Position numbers and translations under genes: made by a program. A stretch of 64,000 nt of DNA from Chrysomallon squamiferum. Lineage: Eukaryota; Animalia; Mollusca. The stretch covers positions 41,168,001 to 41,232,000 of the forward strand of contig CM022665.1 in NCBI GenBank assembly GCA_012295275.1, read 5' to 3'. The notes beneath the pieces are model-generated. The model was given only the letters and a program-made list of their open reading frames with translations. It made no database searches and was not told the DNA's origin. This document shows positions 13,812 to 28,338 of the stretch, one piece after another (the first letter of the stretch is position 1; each line of letters opens with the position of its first letter).

Positions 13812-16768
13812 CATGTCTGTTTATGTCTGTTTATATATTGGTTTATGTGTTCATGTGTATGTGGAGGGATGTGTGAGAAAATGTGAATAAACTTTTAAAA
13901 TTTGTATTTAAAGACACTGGAATAAAAGTTTATAATAAAATTAAGAATCATGTTTGCATACACAGACACACACACACAGAGACACAGACACACACACACA
14001 CATTTATACATGCAAATACTTGCATACAGATATCCATATATGCACCTATGTATCATAGTATTTACTAGAAATATAAAGAGTTATTAGGACTTTTCATGAT
14101 ATATCATTTATTTTATTATAGTACACACACACAAATACACATACAGATATCCATACATACATCTGTATCATAATATTTACTAGAAATATATCAAGATATT
14201 AGGACTTTTCATGATATATCATTTATTTTATTATATAGTATACAGATACATTAATACTTTTCACTCACTGTGTGTGTGTGCCTGTGGCCTCTTTGAAAAG
14301 ACTGGCTGGCTTCTACTGATTACAGAGTGAATGAAAAATAAATGTGAATATTTCTGCCTCACCAAATTCTCAGTATAACATCAGGCCTGTTGCTACTTCC
14401 TGTTGTACTTGAAGATGATAGTGTTCTGAAAAAAAAAAAAAAAAAAAAAAATGGCTGGTTTAAAAAACAAAATTAAAGTTTCTTTAAATGACTCAATGAG
14501 AGTGCATTGACTAATTCACTGTCATCAGCTACTGGATGTCAGATGTTTGGTTTTTTCTGATAGAATTAAGGAATTTTGCTCTTTTTTTCTTATTTAAATT
14601 AATTTTTTTTTTTTTTTTTTTTTTTTTCTTATTTAATTTTTGTTGATTACAAGACACAGGCACAGTAGCATGCAGAGGGGGAGGAGGCTGAAGGTGCAGT
14701 GGCCCCAGGCATCTTTAGTCAGAGAAAAGAAATGAATGAAACTGGTTGATTTACTTTTAAATCAAATAAAGTGTTTATTTTATGTTTTATATTTGTTTAC
14801 ATAGTCATAATATTTCTCAAAATAATTCTCAGTACTAGGCCATATTCTTGAGTCTTTGGGGCATACAATCAAGGAGTTGGCCCCAGGCATCACCAGACCT
14901 CTGCATGCCACTTCATAGGCACCTGTGGGAGTGGCAAACAGCTTAAATAGCTGGTAAACCTTTCCATTGTCTTCCTAGTTAACATTACTTTCAAGTCTTT
15001 AAGTTTTACTCGAGCATAAATCACTGCAGAACTGTCTTCAAGGAACAAACATTATCTTGTTCATAGGATCATTATGAATAAACATTATCTTGTTCATAGG
15101 ATCATTATGAACAAACATTATCTTGTTCATAGGATCATTATGAATAAACATTATCTTGTTCATAGGATCTTTATGAATAAAAAAATCTGGTTTTATGGGG
15201 TCACTGTAAATAAAAAATATGTTATTTATGGGATCATTTTGAATAAATAAGTCTCAATCACAGGATCATTATGAATAATCAAATTGTTTGTTCTTGGGAT
15301 TATTATAAATAAATTAATTTTTTTTTTTTTTTTAATGGGTTCATTATGAATAAACATTTATTGTTAGTGGAACTGTTATGAGCAAACATTTATTGTTAGT
15401 GGAACTATCATGAGCAAACATTTCTTGTTCACAGAACTGTTGTGAATAAACACCTCTTGTTCACAGGACCATTATGAATAAACAAGACTCTTGTTCATTA
15501 TGAACTTTATTGTGTCTCATCACACAATGATTTGTCAACTCGTATCAGTGAAGTATTCAAATCAGGGTGTTGTCCTACACACAGATTACTTATAGATCAG
15601 GCAGCAATAAAAAAAAAAAAAAAAAAAAAAAAAACCTGCACAGGAAATTGGCATTCAGTTTATATCCTCTCACAGTTGCTCGTTATCATAGGTGGCTAAA
15701 ATCAATCTGCATTAGCAGAAAGCAATCAGTGTTTGCCTTTTCTTTCCTTTCTGTATGTGTACGTGTGTGTGTGTGTGTGTGTGTATGTGAGATGCCTATT
15801 GATTTTTGTCTCTGCTTGCCATTACTCACTATTTGGGGCTCACTGGAACAGTAAGTTTCTGCTTCCATTGTTCAAGGAAAAAGATACCGGACTTGGGAAT
15901 AAACTTGGGAAAAAGAAAAACACTTTACTATTTAGTTGTTAGTTAATATTCACAAGTCTTTATTAGCTGTTGTTTAGTATGCCTGTGGTGTTATATACAC
16001 ACTGTGTGCCATATGTGAAGGTGTGTTGAGTGTTATAGTATGAATCTGTGTATAGTGTGTGTGTGATTGTAAATGTGTATGAAGTATGCATGAGTGTGTG
16101 TATGTGTTATTTGTGAATATATAGTGTATGTGTGTTATTTGTACATGCTTAGTGTGTGTATGTATGTATGTATGTATGTGTTATTTGGGCATGTTTAGTG
16201 TGTGTAGTATGTGTGTATATTTATTTGTGTATATTGTGTATGTTTAGTATGTATATGTGTAGTATGTATGTCTGTGTATGTATGTGTTATTTGTGCATAC
16301 ATATGTGTATGTGTGTGTTTTATTTGTTCATGCTTAGTGTGTATATGTGTTGTATATGTTATTTGTATGTGCTTAGTGTAAAATGTGTCATGTATATCAG
16401 TGTACATATGTAGTATTTGTGTATAGTACTTGTGTATACATGTGTGTATGTATTATGAGTTGTATGTAATGTATGTCTATGTGGAATGTGTGTCTTTGTC
16501 GGTATGCATGTGTGTTGTATGTTTGCATATATGTGTATGCATGCATACATACACAGCATAAGTTGTATGTAGCATGTACGTGTGTGTCACTTTGAATATA
16601 TCTGTTTGTGAAAAGAAGAATATATATTAAACATTTCTATTTACAAAAACATTTGAGAATGGGACTATTAATAAAAAAATGTATGTGAATTTTTATTTGT
16701 TTATTTTGTATCATTATTTTATATTCATTGTTAATAAATTTGTATGTATCTGTATATATTAGTGCATG

Positions 16769-16808
<40 letters not shown>

Positions 16809-19298
16809 ATTGTGCATTTGCTTGTATGCATATCCAAAAGCTCTTTAATAAATTAATCTCATTTACCCAATCATATAACTTTCTACTTTGATATTTCCAA
16901 AGCTGCCAGTGTTAAACTTTTCTTGTCAGAGGTTAATGAAATATTTGCAGATTACAGTTCATTAGTGGCAGAGTGTGAGCTTTCAATTAGCCAATGGCTT
17001 GTTTATTGTCTTGGGCTGACTGTTTCATTGTCATTAATTGTTTTCTGTCTTTGATGTATGCCACTGTGTCTGCTTAATTGTTTCCCTAGGGTTAAAATGG
17101 GACCTCCAATAAATATAAACATTCAGGATTCATCTTTCTTTAATGATGTTTTTTTTTTTGTTTTTTTTTTACATATTTCATTGTGACTGCTATTATTATT
17201 ATTATTATTATTGCTGCTGTTGTTGCTTGTTGTTGTTGTTATTGTTATTATTATTAATTAATTGATTTTTTTTATGGTTACTAATAATATAATGATATGC
17301 ATTTTCCTGTTTGCATATAGTGGTAAGGAGTAAATTTAGCTGATCTAAAACTGTTATAATACCATATGGACATAAATATATAAATGTTTTATGTGCGATT
17401 AAATTTTAACTCATTGTATTATTATTATTTTTTTTCATGTGTGTATTAAGCTGTGACCTTATATTACCATTACATATGATAACAGACATATTCCCTCCTC
17501 CCCTGCTTTTTCATTACATAATTTTTATCCCGTCACCTTTTAGTGATGATGGTAGGTCACTGGAGGGTTAGTAAATCATTTTATGCAGTGGTGATATATG
17601 GTTGGTATAAATTTGGAAATATTTTTTATTGGATAGATATGTAGAAAGAGAGAGAGTCAGTGTGATAAAAAAAAAAAAAAAAAAAAATAGTGCATTTTGA
17701 AAGAATAAAAAGAGGGAAAAAAACCAGCAACAGAGGAAAATTAAGTAAGTACTGCAGAAATGAGCTTAAATGAATAAGAATGAAAACAAATGGTGAGAGA
17801 AAGAAAATGGAAGTGATAAAGAAGATAAAGAGAAAAAAAGAAAGAAAGTAAAAGAGAGAAAAAAGAAAGAAAGAATGAGTCAGAAACAGGGAGAAAAAAA
17901 AAAGAAAAGAGAGACTGAGAAAAAAGACTGTTATGATGCAGAGAGAGATTTATGTAAATACATGGAAACGGTGGCATTTGATTTTAATTGCAAATGTGCT
18001 TGTTTGATTTGTTATGCACCACACAGTTGTGGGAGAATAAATTCAGGTAAACAGAGAGATAAGGAAATATCATATTCCGCGCAACACTTGAAGATCTATT
18101 TTTGTTCTTTTCATGGTAATTTTACTCATATCTGCATGTCTCCGAGGACATCGTTCTTGTTGTGAATGGGGAAGGGTTTTGCATTTTCCCATACGACAAA
18201 AGCAGGATGAGATTTCATTTAATCAATGGCTGGATTATTTATAGAGTTGTATTAATGCCTGCTTCTGCTGCTGCAGCATCCACATTGTGCTTGTTGATGG
18301 TAATATGGCCATCCATCATTGACCACAAGATGATGTCCAAAATCCGCCTCTCTCGATTTGAAACATTCATCATTGATATCTGACTGATTGTCGTTTTGAG
18401 TTATTTTGTGTCTCATTAGAACAGGGAAGCTGGCAATACAATTAGGATGTAGTAATAATGTACTCGTGGAAGAATTATCAGCTGTGAAAAACAGTTTAAA
18501 ACATTATTATTTATGACTGTTTGTTAATGTTTTGAAATAGAGCATGTAGAGGTAAAAAAAAAAAAAAAAAAACATTAACAGAAAGTTGATTTTAAATAAA
18601 GTAAGAAGAATTTCAGTTGAGAATTGTTATTTAAATGTTTTGGTGATATTCGAACACTCTTCTTTTATATAAAATTAAAACTGCACTGATTATGTAATAA
18701 AAATTTAAATGAGATGAAACTTTTAAAAAAAAAGGTTTATGTTTCCAAGATTATTTTATTTAAAAAATTATATTTAATTATAATTTTACATGGAAAGCAT
18801 TTTAAAAATTATATTCAATTAATGTACTGTATTTATTTGCTTTCTCATTTATTTTAAAATTTATTTCCTGTTTACTCACATATTTATTTACATTTATATT
18901 TATATTTTGATTTGATTTGATTTGATTTGATTTAAAGAAATTTATTTTCTTTATTTTATTTTATTTTGTTTAAGCTCACCCTGTAGCAAAACTGTTTAAA
19001 ACAATTCACATATAAAAATGATTGCAAATAATTTAAATAATATTCATCATTCATTTTTGTGATATTAGCAGTGATTCTTATCACTGGTCCCTGATTCATT
19101 GTATTCCTTTTATACAGAAATGTTTACTTGAATTATATAAATGGAAATTACAGTGAATCACAAAACAAACATAAGTAAAATATGTTTTATTTTTTTATTT
19201 ATTTATTTTGTAAGTTGTATTCTGTGAAAAACACTTGATTGAAATAGCTTATCAGCTATCCATTTATGATTTTTTTTTAAATTATTTACCTCATTGGA

Positions 19299-19329
<31 letters not shown>

Positions 19330-19760
19330 CATACAGTACAGGCATGTATGTATGTATGTGTGTGTGTGACATACATGTAAGTTTGCGTGTATGTTAGAAA
19401 TTAAAAAATGTATGTATGTATGTATGTCTGTTTTGTTTTTAAATTCTAACATACAAATACAAATTATTTGTAACAAACACAGCAGACAGGCAGATATCAG
19501 CTTCTAAATTGTTGTGTCCTCAGAAGGCCAATTTTGAAGGACTTTGAAGAGCTCCTTAATTTACCCTGTGATGAAAATTTCATCAATTCGCCCGAGATTG
19601 ATCCAGTCTTGTGTGATGCTGTGTGCGGCTGTCGAAGGTTTACAGAAAGAAGATGTTTAACGACAGCGATGCTGTTGCGATGAGTACAGAGCTAAACTGT
19701 CTGTGCATACCTCGTGTTCCACGTTGGAGCACTCCTCGAGTATCAAGTCAGTGAGAAAGG

Positions 19761-19791
<31 letters not shown>

Positions 19792-20523
19792 ATATCACAG
19801 AAGGCAGACAAGTTTCCGAAGGACAGCTTTAGTACTCAGGAGCCTCATTTTTCTTCATGTTCTTTTACTCCAAGCTTCCATTGTGGATGTGGGTTGTTCT
19901 GGGTTTTTTGTCTTCGTCACAGTGAAGCAGACACGTGTGTGTGTCGGTACTGTTCATATTATGGTCATAGTAAATTTATTTTTCATTCCCAGTTAAGGAT
20001 GGTTTTTTTATGATGGCGGTATATGTATATATATATATATATATATATAAAACTGTATATGGTTGTTGTTTTTTGTTAAAATAAGATGAAACAGTATTGT
20101 GGAGGAAAACTTTCCTTACTGTGTAGACACTACAGGATTTATTACACGTAAACTATGTGAGGTGAGATTTCAGCATTTTTATACATGTAAAAAAAAAAGA
20201 AAATCTTTCGTATTATCTTTCTGTGTTTGGCTACTACTCCATGATAACTGTTGCATGTTAATGTAAAATAAAGATTGCATATTAGATATTTGTGTCAGCT
20301 CTATATTTGACTAATAGGAATGCCTGATCAAAGTACTGGGCATTGATATAACATAATTTTAACATACAGAAGCTAATTTAAACTGATAATTAAAAAAAAC
20401 ACACACAACATTAAGTGGTTTTTTTGTTTGTTTTTTTATCTCAGCTGATCATTCACTTTTTAAAATGTATTAGACTTAATGATAAAGTCATCATTAATTT
20501 CTTTAAATTGAATCCTGTGTGTT

Positions 20524-20563
<40 letters not shown>

Positions 20564-21195
20564 ACAACTGTGTGGCTGTCTATATGTATTTGTGGTATTT
20601 CTGTATATCAGTTTGTGATTTTGTCTATGCATGTATGTTACATATGGCATATTCTGCATACATAATCTGCAATATGTTTATGGGTGTGTACGTAGTTTTA
20701 TGTGTGTATACCTTTGTTTGAATATGTCTGTATGTGTTTATGTCTGTATGCACTTGCGCCTGTATATGATTAACTGCGTTAGTGTTTGAAAATGTATATA
20801 TTATAATGCTCCACTTTTCTGCTATTATTGTTTCAAATTACACATGGACTCTGTTTAGATGTACAAAAATAATGAATGATGTAACACATAAGCATAATCT
20901 CATCTTTTGATCAAGGTTACAGTAGTGTTGTAATTATGGAAATAATAAATGTTTTCAGGTAATAACTAGTCTAGTATCACATCATTTACTATGTTATATT
21001 CTATTGTTATTCAAATATGTTTATTTATCATTTACACTGAGTTGTTAGACACAGATGTATTCATGTGTACAAATAAACATCCACAGTAAGTACATGTTAT
21101 TTTATTTATATACACACACACACACACACACACACATACATAAATATACAGTACACATATATGCACATTTGTACATATAAATATATACATATATC

Positions 21196-21240
<45 letters not shown>

Positions 21241-22692
21241 AATAATAATTACTTGCATAAACATAAATAAACAGCATCAAAACTACAGTAAAAGATTGAC
21301 AGGTATCTTCAGGTAATAACTACAGACATTTCTTGCTTACCTGCATTTTTATCATGCAGATAAATGGCAGGTAAAAAGGTTTATTGACAGGTATTGTCAG
21401 GTGGTAATTAGACATTTCTTGCACATAAATTTGTGTAAAACAGGATGCAAATGAAAGACAGGTAAACAAATTTATTGACAAATGTGTTCAGATGAAAACT
21501 ACATAAATCAAACACAACACCTGTATGGTTGTTAAGATACCTCATTTATTGACAGGTGTTTATATGGTTATTAAGATGCATAGGTGAAAACAAATTACTG
21601 ATAGATTGTTCAGGTCATAACTGCATATATATACATTGTGTTAACTGTCATTATTTAGATGGATAGGTAAACACATTTATTGACAGGTATATATTGCTCT
21701 GTCTGTGTGGTTATTAAGGTGAAAAAGAAAAAACAAAATTAACTGACAAGGCAGTCTCTTGTGACAACTGTTGCACTTCCTGTGTATGGCTTGGTTATTA
21801 GGAAAGACAGGTAAGCACACTGACAGGTAATGTTCAGGTGAAAACTACATTCATTTCATGCTCTGCCTGTGCGATTATTAGCATGTTCAGGTACACACAT
21901 TTATTTACTGACAGGTATTCTCAGGTGATAACTACCTGCACTAACTCTGCGTGGTTATTAGGAGAGACGGGTAAACACATTTATTGCAGTAATCTGCAAT
22001 GCACAACTAATAACCATGTCGTTATGTATTGTTCTGTTGGCTGCTTCATTTAGCCGATCTCCTGCGTGTACCTGGGGAATAACACAGTATTATGAGCTGT
22101 CATTAAATCTCTGTTTATTGTTTCCAGTCAGGTGTTTCATAATGATAAAGTGAAATTGTCATTGATCTTACCTGGCTGGAATGTAATATAAAGCAGGTGA
22201 ATAACTGCAGGTGTTTTCTAAAGAATACATCAATTTGATTAAGCAGGTTATCCTGGTTTTTCATTTTTTTTTTTTTTTTTTTTAGATTGATAATACTGAT
22301 AATAGTGAGAATAATAATGATGATTCAGGATTTTAATTTTTTTTTAAGATTACAAATATGTTTGTGTTTAATAAAAAAAAAAATCAGTATTTGTACATTT
22401 ATATTATTTTTGTTTACTTGATATTGAGTTTCACATGGTTTGCAGAAAATTAAATTTGGTACATTGAATCAATAGTAAATATATTTATTTGTTTATTTTT
22501 TGAATGTAGAAAGAAAAAAAAGAACAAACCAAAACAGTTTCAGAAAACCCCCCATCAAAAAAACAACAGATAAATCAAGCTTTTTAAAAAAAAAAAAGTC
22601 CCTACAAACATATATACTCACATACCATACAAATTACATTCTCATAAATAATAAAAGACAAAAGAAATGACAGCAAAATATTCAAAGCTTTC

Positions 22693-22774
<82 letters not shown>

Positions 22775-25700
22775 ATATGTATGTAGGCAAATAAATATGT
22801 ATTCAGAATACAGAGATGGAAAACAACATAGTCACAATGGTCAGACTCACAGAGAAAGAGAGAAAGAAAAAGAGAGAGGTGGAAAGTAGAGAGCAGAAAA
22901 TAGATAGCTGACCACATACACAAAAGTACTATCATTTAGAAGAGAGTGGCGAAAAACAGAGTGTGATAATTGAACAGCATCATGTTCTCAGATAGCTGAA
23001 GTTGTGTACACTCTCTTTATCTCTGTAATTTCCAATAACACTGCAGTGCTATCACATGTCATAATGGTTTCCAGACACAGTCCCTCATGCCTGGCCTTAT
23101 TCCATTATACTTGACTTCAGGTTCAGCTATTAGAAAGGGTCTTGAGAAAATTGGTTAGGGATTTTTGGTGTCAAATTCATAGATTTCTACCGAATTTTCT
23201 ACTGGCGGCTTGCATTTCTGAAGGTTTAGATTTTTATCTGTGTGGAATCTTGTCATAGTGAAACCATCTAGAATATTTAGCTTACTAGAATTTTGAGTGT
23301 TGGATGTCTTTGTTATAAATAATTAGTTGTTTTTTGTTTTGTTTTTTTTTAAAAGGAATTTTGCTTCTGTTTTAATGTGTCTATTCGTGTGTAGATTTAT
23401 TTGTGTATGTCTGTGTCTGTGAGTTTGTATGTAAAATTATTTATCTATATTTACAAGTTTACACACACATACACACACACACATACACACATACACACAC
23501 ACTCATACACTCATACGTACATACATACACATATTAAACAATCCAGTACAAATTTGAATCTTCAATTTTAATAAAGGCGTAGACATTAATAATGAAATAT
23601 TTTGAACAGAATTGCTTAAATTACAAATTTGTTTGTTACGCGAGTAATTTATTTCAGTACGTATATATTGTCTCGAGTTGTTTAAATTTCTGTTTCTCGA
23701 ATGTCAATATCATTGACATCTGATTTAAAAAAAAAGAAAAAACAGGGAAAAGAAAAAAGATAAGAAAAAATGGCAATTACGAAGTAATTCTCTAGAGCTT
23801 TGACAGGATCAATTTTTATGGCAGATTAACTGGAAATTCTTCATTGTAATTAGCAAGCTGATGCATGACACATGTTGCCATTAAGAGTGAAAAAAAAAAA
23901 AAAAAAGAAAGAAAAAAGAAAAAGTAGAAAGAGAAAGATGGAAAGGAAGAAATGACAGGAGAAAAAATATAGATGGGGGAAAAGAAAAAAGAAAAATGAA
24001 GAGAGAAGCAAGAAAAGAGAAATATAAAACTGAGGGAAAGACTGAAAGACTGACACAGGAAGATGTAGAGAGAGAAAGATAAAGAGGCAGAAATGAAGAA
24101 AAGAGAAAAAGAAAGGAAAAGGTAGAAAGACTCTGACATTGAAAGAGATTAAAGAAGAGAAAGAAAAATCAAGAAAGAGAGGTGAAATAGGAAGATAGAT
24201 TGATAGATTTAACTGGGATAAAGATAAAAAAAAAAATAAAAAAAATGAAAAAAAATAATATATAAAAGAAATATTAAAAAAGAAAAAAGTGGTGAGAACA
24301 GAAAAGACTAAATTACAGATAAAGAGAAAAAAAGAAGAGAAGAAAAGAAAACAAATTTATAAAAAGAAAATAAAGAAAAATCAGAAATTACTCTTTTGGG
24401 AATTCATTGCATGTCAGTGTTAATAATCCATTTTCCCGTGGTGTAATTTCACTTGATTTTCAACACACTTTATGGTATTATGAGTTATTATTCAAGCTTA
24501 TTTTCAAGTGATGATATGCAGTCTCCTTGTTAACTGAAGAAGTAAATTGAGATTAATTACAGACCCTCTTAAAGAAAATGAACTGTTTAAGTCTGACTAT
24601 ATAACAATAAATCTTTTAAATCTCAATTCAGCATTAAGTTCATTCATTGGTCTGACAATTTATACGTTTTTATTTTATTTTTATTTTTTTATAAAAAAAT
24701 TGTTTGAATAACTGGCTACAATTTATTTCTTACTTTAGTTTGTAACCTTCATATTAAAAGCTGTGGGGATCTGTTCACAAAAGGATTTTTTTTTTATTAC
24801 TGCCAACAGATGATGGAACGTGACTACACTGGTTTCCTAAAAGATATAAGTGCATAACAACCACTTCAGAACCGAATGTTAAACATGTAATAACTCTTAA
24901 TATTAAAATATACTGAAATGACATTAAGCAAGTTTCATCCATTCATTTGAATTGGCAATGAGATGTTTATGTTATGTTTGTATGGATAAATGTTACTGCA
25001 TTTTCTTCAGTGTGCCATCTCTTTGTGACACGGAATCTCGTGGAATCTGTTTTAGACAAAAGTTCAGTATTGATTATTCAGAAAAAGAAAAAAAACAAAA
25101 AAATCCTTAAAGAATTCTGGGCCACTGTTGCAGGAAGATCAGACTTTTTGCTAATGGTGATCAATCAGGTTGTTGTTTTTTTGTGGGTTTTTTTTGTAAC
25201 AAAATAACCATGTCGAAGATCAAATGGGAGAAAAAGTGAAAGCAATGGATCATTTAGTGACACCTCATACATTACAACAGACTGATATGAGAACAAAGTT
25301 TTTGTTTTAATCTTTGAAAATATTGACATAAAATAAAAGAACTGGAATCATTCCTATGTTTACCAATTTAAAAAGAAAAGAAAAAAAGTAATTTTCCTTC
25401 TTAGACTGCTGATACGATTTAAGTATTACTGTATGAAGTTGATAACAGCATTCATACATGGCTTGATAAATGATAATAGTATTCATTCCAGACTGAAAAA
25501 ATGTGATAATTATATTCATCTTAACATAATAGTGTTAGTTTATAGACGATAATATTCATTCTAGGTTTGATAAACGATGACAACATTTATGCATGTCTTG
25601 ATAAATAGTAAGTTATTATTATTTATTTCTGCTTTGGCTTTTTAAATGATGATTATATTCTTAACTTACAAATAATGACACTATTCATTCTTGGCCTGAT

Positions 25701-26367
25701 TAATGGTGTAGGTAATAAACTAGCAGGCCTGTTAAAAAGTTTATTCTTTTCTGTATATCAGAATACAAGATCCATTACTTCTGAGTCTCAGTGACCCAAA
25801 AAGTAAGAATAATTGGCTTTCTTTCAAGTAATTTATACACAAGAAACATACTGGACACCTAACAAACCTAAAAATATTAAAATGTATAGATGTGTCATTT
25901 TATAAATATTCATTTCTTTGTTGTGATACTGTCAGAAAATTTAACTTCAGGAAATAGGTTTTAGTTGTTTTCTGGGATGTGGTGTACTTCAGGAAATAGG
26001 TCATCCTGCTCCTGCCAGACTTTCTAAACCAATGTAGGTGATGCTGTATAACTTTTCATTCAGCAACTCTAACCTCTGTTGAGGTTTTACAGGATTAAGT
26101 GATCCGCTTATGCAAACAGCAGAGTTAATGTAATTAGCCCACATTCCCGGAATGGGATAAACAGTGTCAACACATTGCAGCTTAAAGAGCTTTAAATCAA
26201 TAGTAATTACTGCTATGATCTGTGACACATCACATCCTCCTCTTCATCGCCTCTTCTCAATTTCTTGTGTTCTATTTCTCATCATTCTGGTTAACTCAGT
26301 CACCTTATTCTGCCTTCAGGAAATAGTTCTTCTGTAATTGATTTTTCACCAATTTCAGGAAAGGCAC

Positions 26368-26422
<55 letters not shown>

Positions 26423-28298
26423 CATTATCGGTGGTTCGTGATGTTTATTTTTGTCATTTACAGTTTTCTTGACATGCTGTTGTCATTGGTATTTGCTGTG
26501 ATGTTGAACATTTCCTTAATTTTTTTTTTTTTCTTTCGTTTTGTTTGTTCATTCATGCATTACTTTTTCTTTCATTTTCCTTTGATTTCTTTCTTCTTGT
26601 TCTCCTTTATTCTTCTTTCATTTCTTCCATTCTCTTCTATCTGTATCTATCCATCCTTCCATCCTTCCGTCCATCCATCCATCCATCCAGCTATTCATTC
26701 ATCTATCTATCTGTTGGTCTATTTATTGATCTTTATTACCTGTCTTTCTCTTTCTTCTTTCTTTCTTTTCCTTTTTCCTCCTTCCTTCTTCTTTTCTTTA
26801 ACTCATTTGTTCTGTTGCTGGACTTTAAGTAACTTAACGAAAACATTGATTTTGTTACAGTGCTGTTGCAAATCCTGTTGATTTTAATACCCTGAAGCAA
26901 AGCTTTGGTTTTATTATTATGCAATGTAAAGCCATTGGATTTCAAGAGCTTAAGGAAAAACATTAGTTTTTAATCAAGTGTGCACTTTTCAAGCTTTAAA
27001 TTTTTCAGCTGTTGAAGTGATGCATCCTATAGATTTTAATAATCTGAGAAAAACAAAAAAATGTAACTTTTTTCCTTGGTACCATTGTCAAGCCTGTGGA
27101 ATTGTGATAATGTAGATTGTGTAAGGCTATGCTAGAATTACATCAATGAATGTGTAATAAATAATTTTTAAAAAAAGTTAAAATACTTCACGATAAAATA
27201 AAAAATGAAATACTGAACAAGAACAGCAAACAAAAATAAATAATAATAATAATAATAATAATAAAGTAAATCAGTTGGGAAAAATGGTAAAAAGGCTAAA
27301 AAAAATAAATAACTCATATATTTTTCTTATGAAATTACAAACTTAACAGTATGTTTTTATTTTGGCAACACTAATGCTAGTACACCATCAGAGTGTATAT
27401 TTCACATATCTATTTACATGTTGACATAAGATTTAAAAAAAAATATATATATATATTTTTTAATTAATTGTTTTTAACAAGAACATAAACCAAGAAGACT
27501 GATCTGATCTTTACACAGAAGTAAAATACCTCTATCGATCAACCCTTTGAAATGTACTTAGCACTGCTGAAGCTTCTAACAAATCTATATTGAGTGCTTG
27601 GATACATAATCCAGGAGCTTGGCTTGTCTGTCTTTGATATTGTTAGTAAGTTAGATGATTAGTTAGAGAGAAAAGAGGGTCTGCTGTTCTTACATCTTTC
27701 CAGTTAGGTAGGAGGCACTATAAAGATAAAAACTGAGTACCTAATAGTCTTTAAAATGCAGACATAACCAGCCTGGTGCTAGAACACTGTGTTCTTGAAT
27801 TGATACGTTCGTAAGAACACAAGAAATAGACTAATGAAACACTGCCCTCCCAAACATAAATTGGAATTTTTCTGCATTATTCTGTTGCTGTTAACTTTAT
27901 AAAACTATCATGGACATGAAGTCCATATAACAGTTTGCATGCCATGCAGAAATTTTACATATAATTACTTGGATATAAAAATGCTTAAATTAAGGAGAAA
28001 AAAAAAAAATAATAATAATAAAAAAAAAATATATATATAATAATAATAAAATAAAAATCTTAATGCCAGGTTTAAGGATCCAGTTGTTCATTATGGAAAT
28101 TGTTTTTAATGTAACAGTTAATGAATGTTATGGAAATTACACAACAACAGATTTTTATTTTGTAAGTTATTTACTGTAATGTTTTAGTATCATGATAACA
28201 TTTAGTTCTCGGTCCATATAAAAAAAAAAAAAAAAAAAATAATAATTAAAAAAAAAAGTTAAAAAAAAAAGAAAATAATTTAAAAATAAATAAAAAAA

Positions 28299-28338
<40 letters not shown>

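Noticed and set aside
15044-15505. CRISPR-like look of regular palindromic ~32-bp repeats
   Set aside because: Units are head-to-tail with no unique spacers, there are no cas genes, and the context is a eukaryotic intron.
15567-16837. Cluster of Cys/Val/His/Thr-rich ORFs and the donor-like GTAAGT at 15850
   Set aside because: ORFs derive from (TG)n tracts; the ATG-bearing frame reaches the donor in phase 2, incompatible with exon 4.
26438-26881. 147-aa hydrophobic ORF
   Set aside because: Arises from T/C-rich low-complexity and (CCAT)n sequence, with no family motif.
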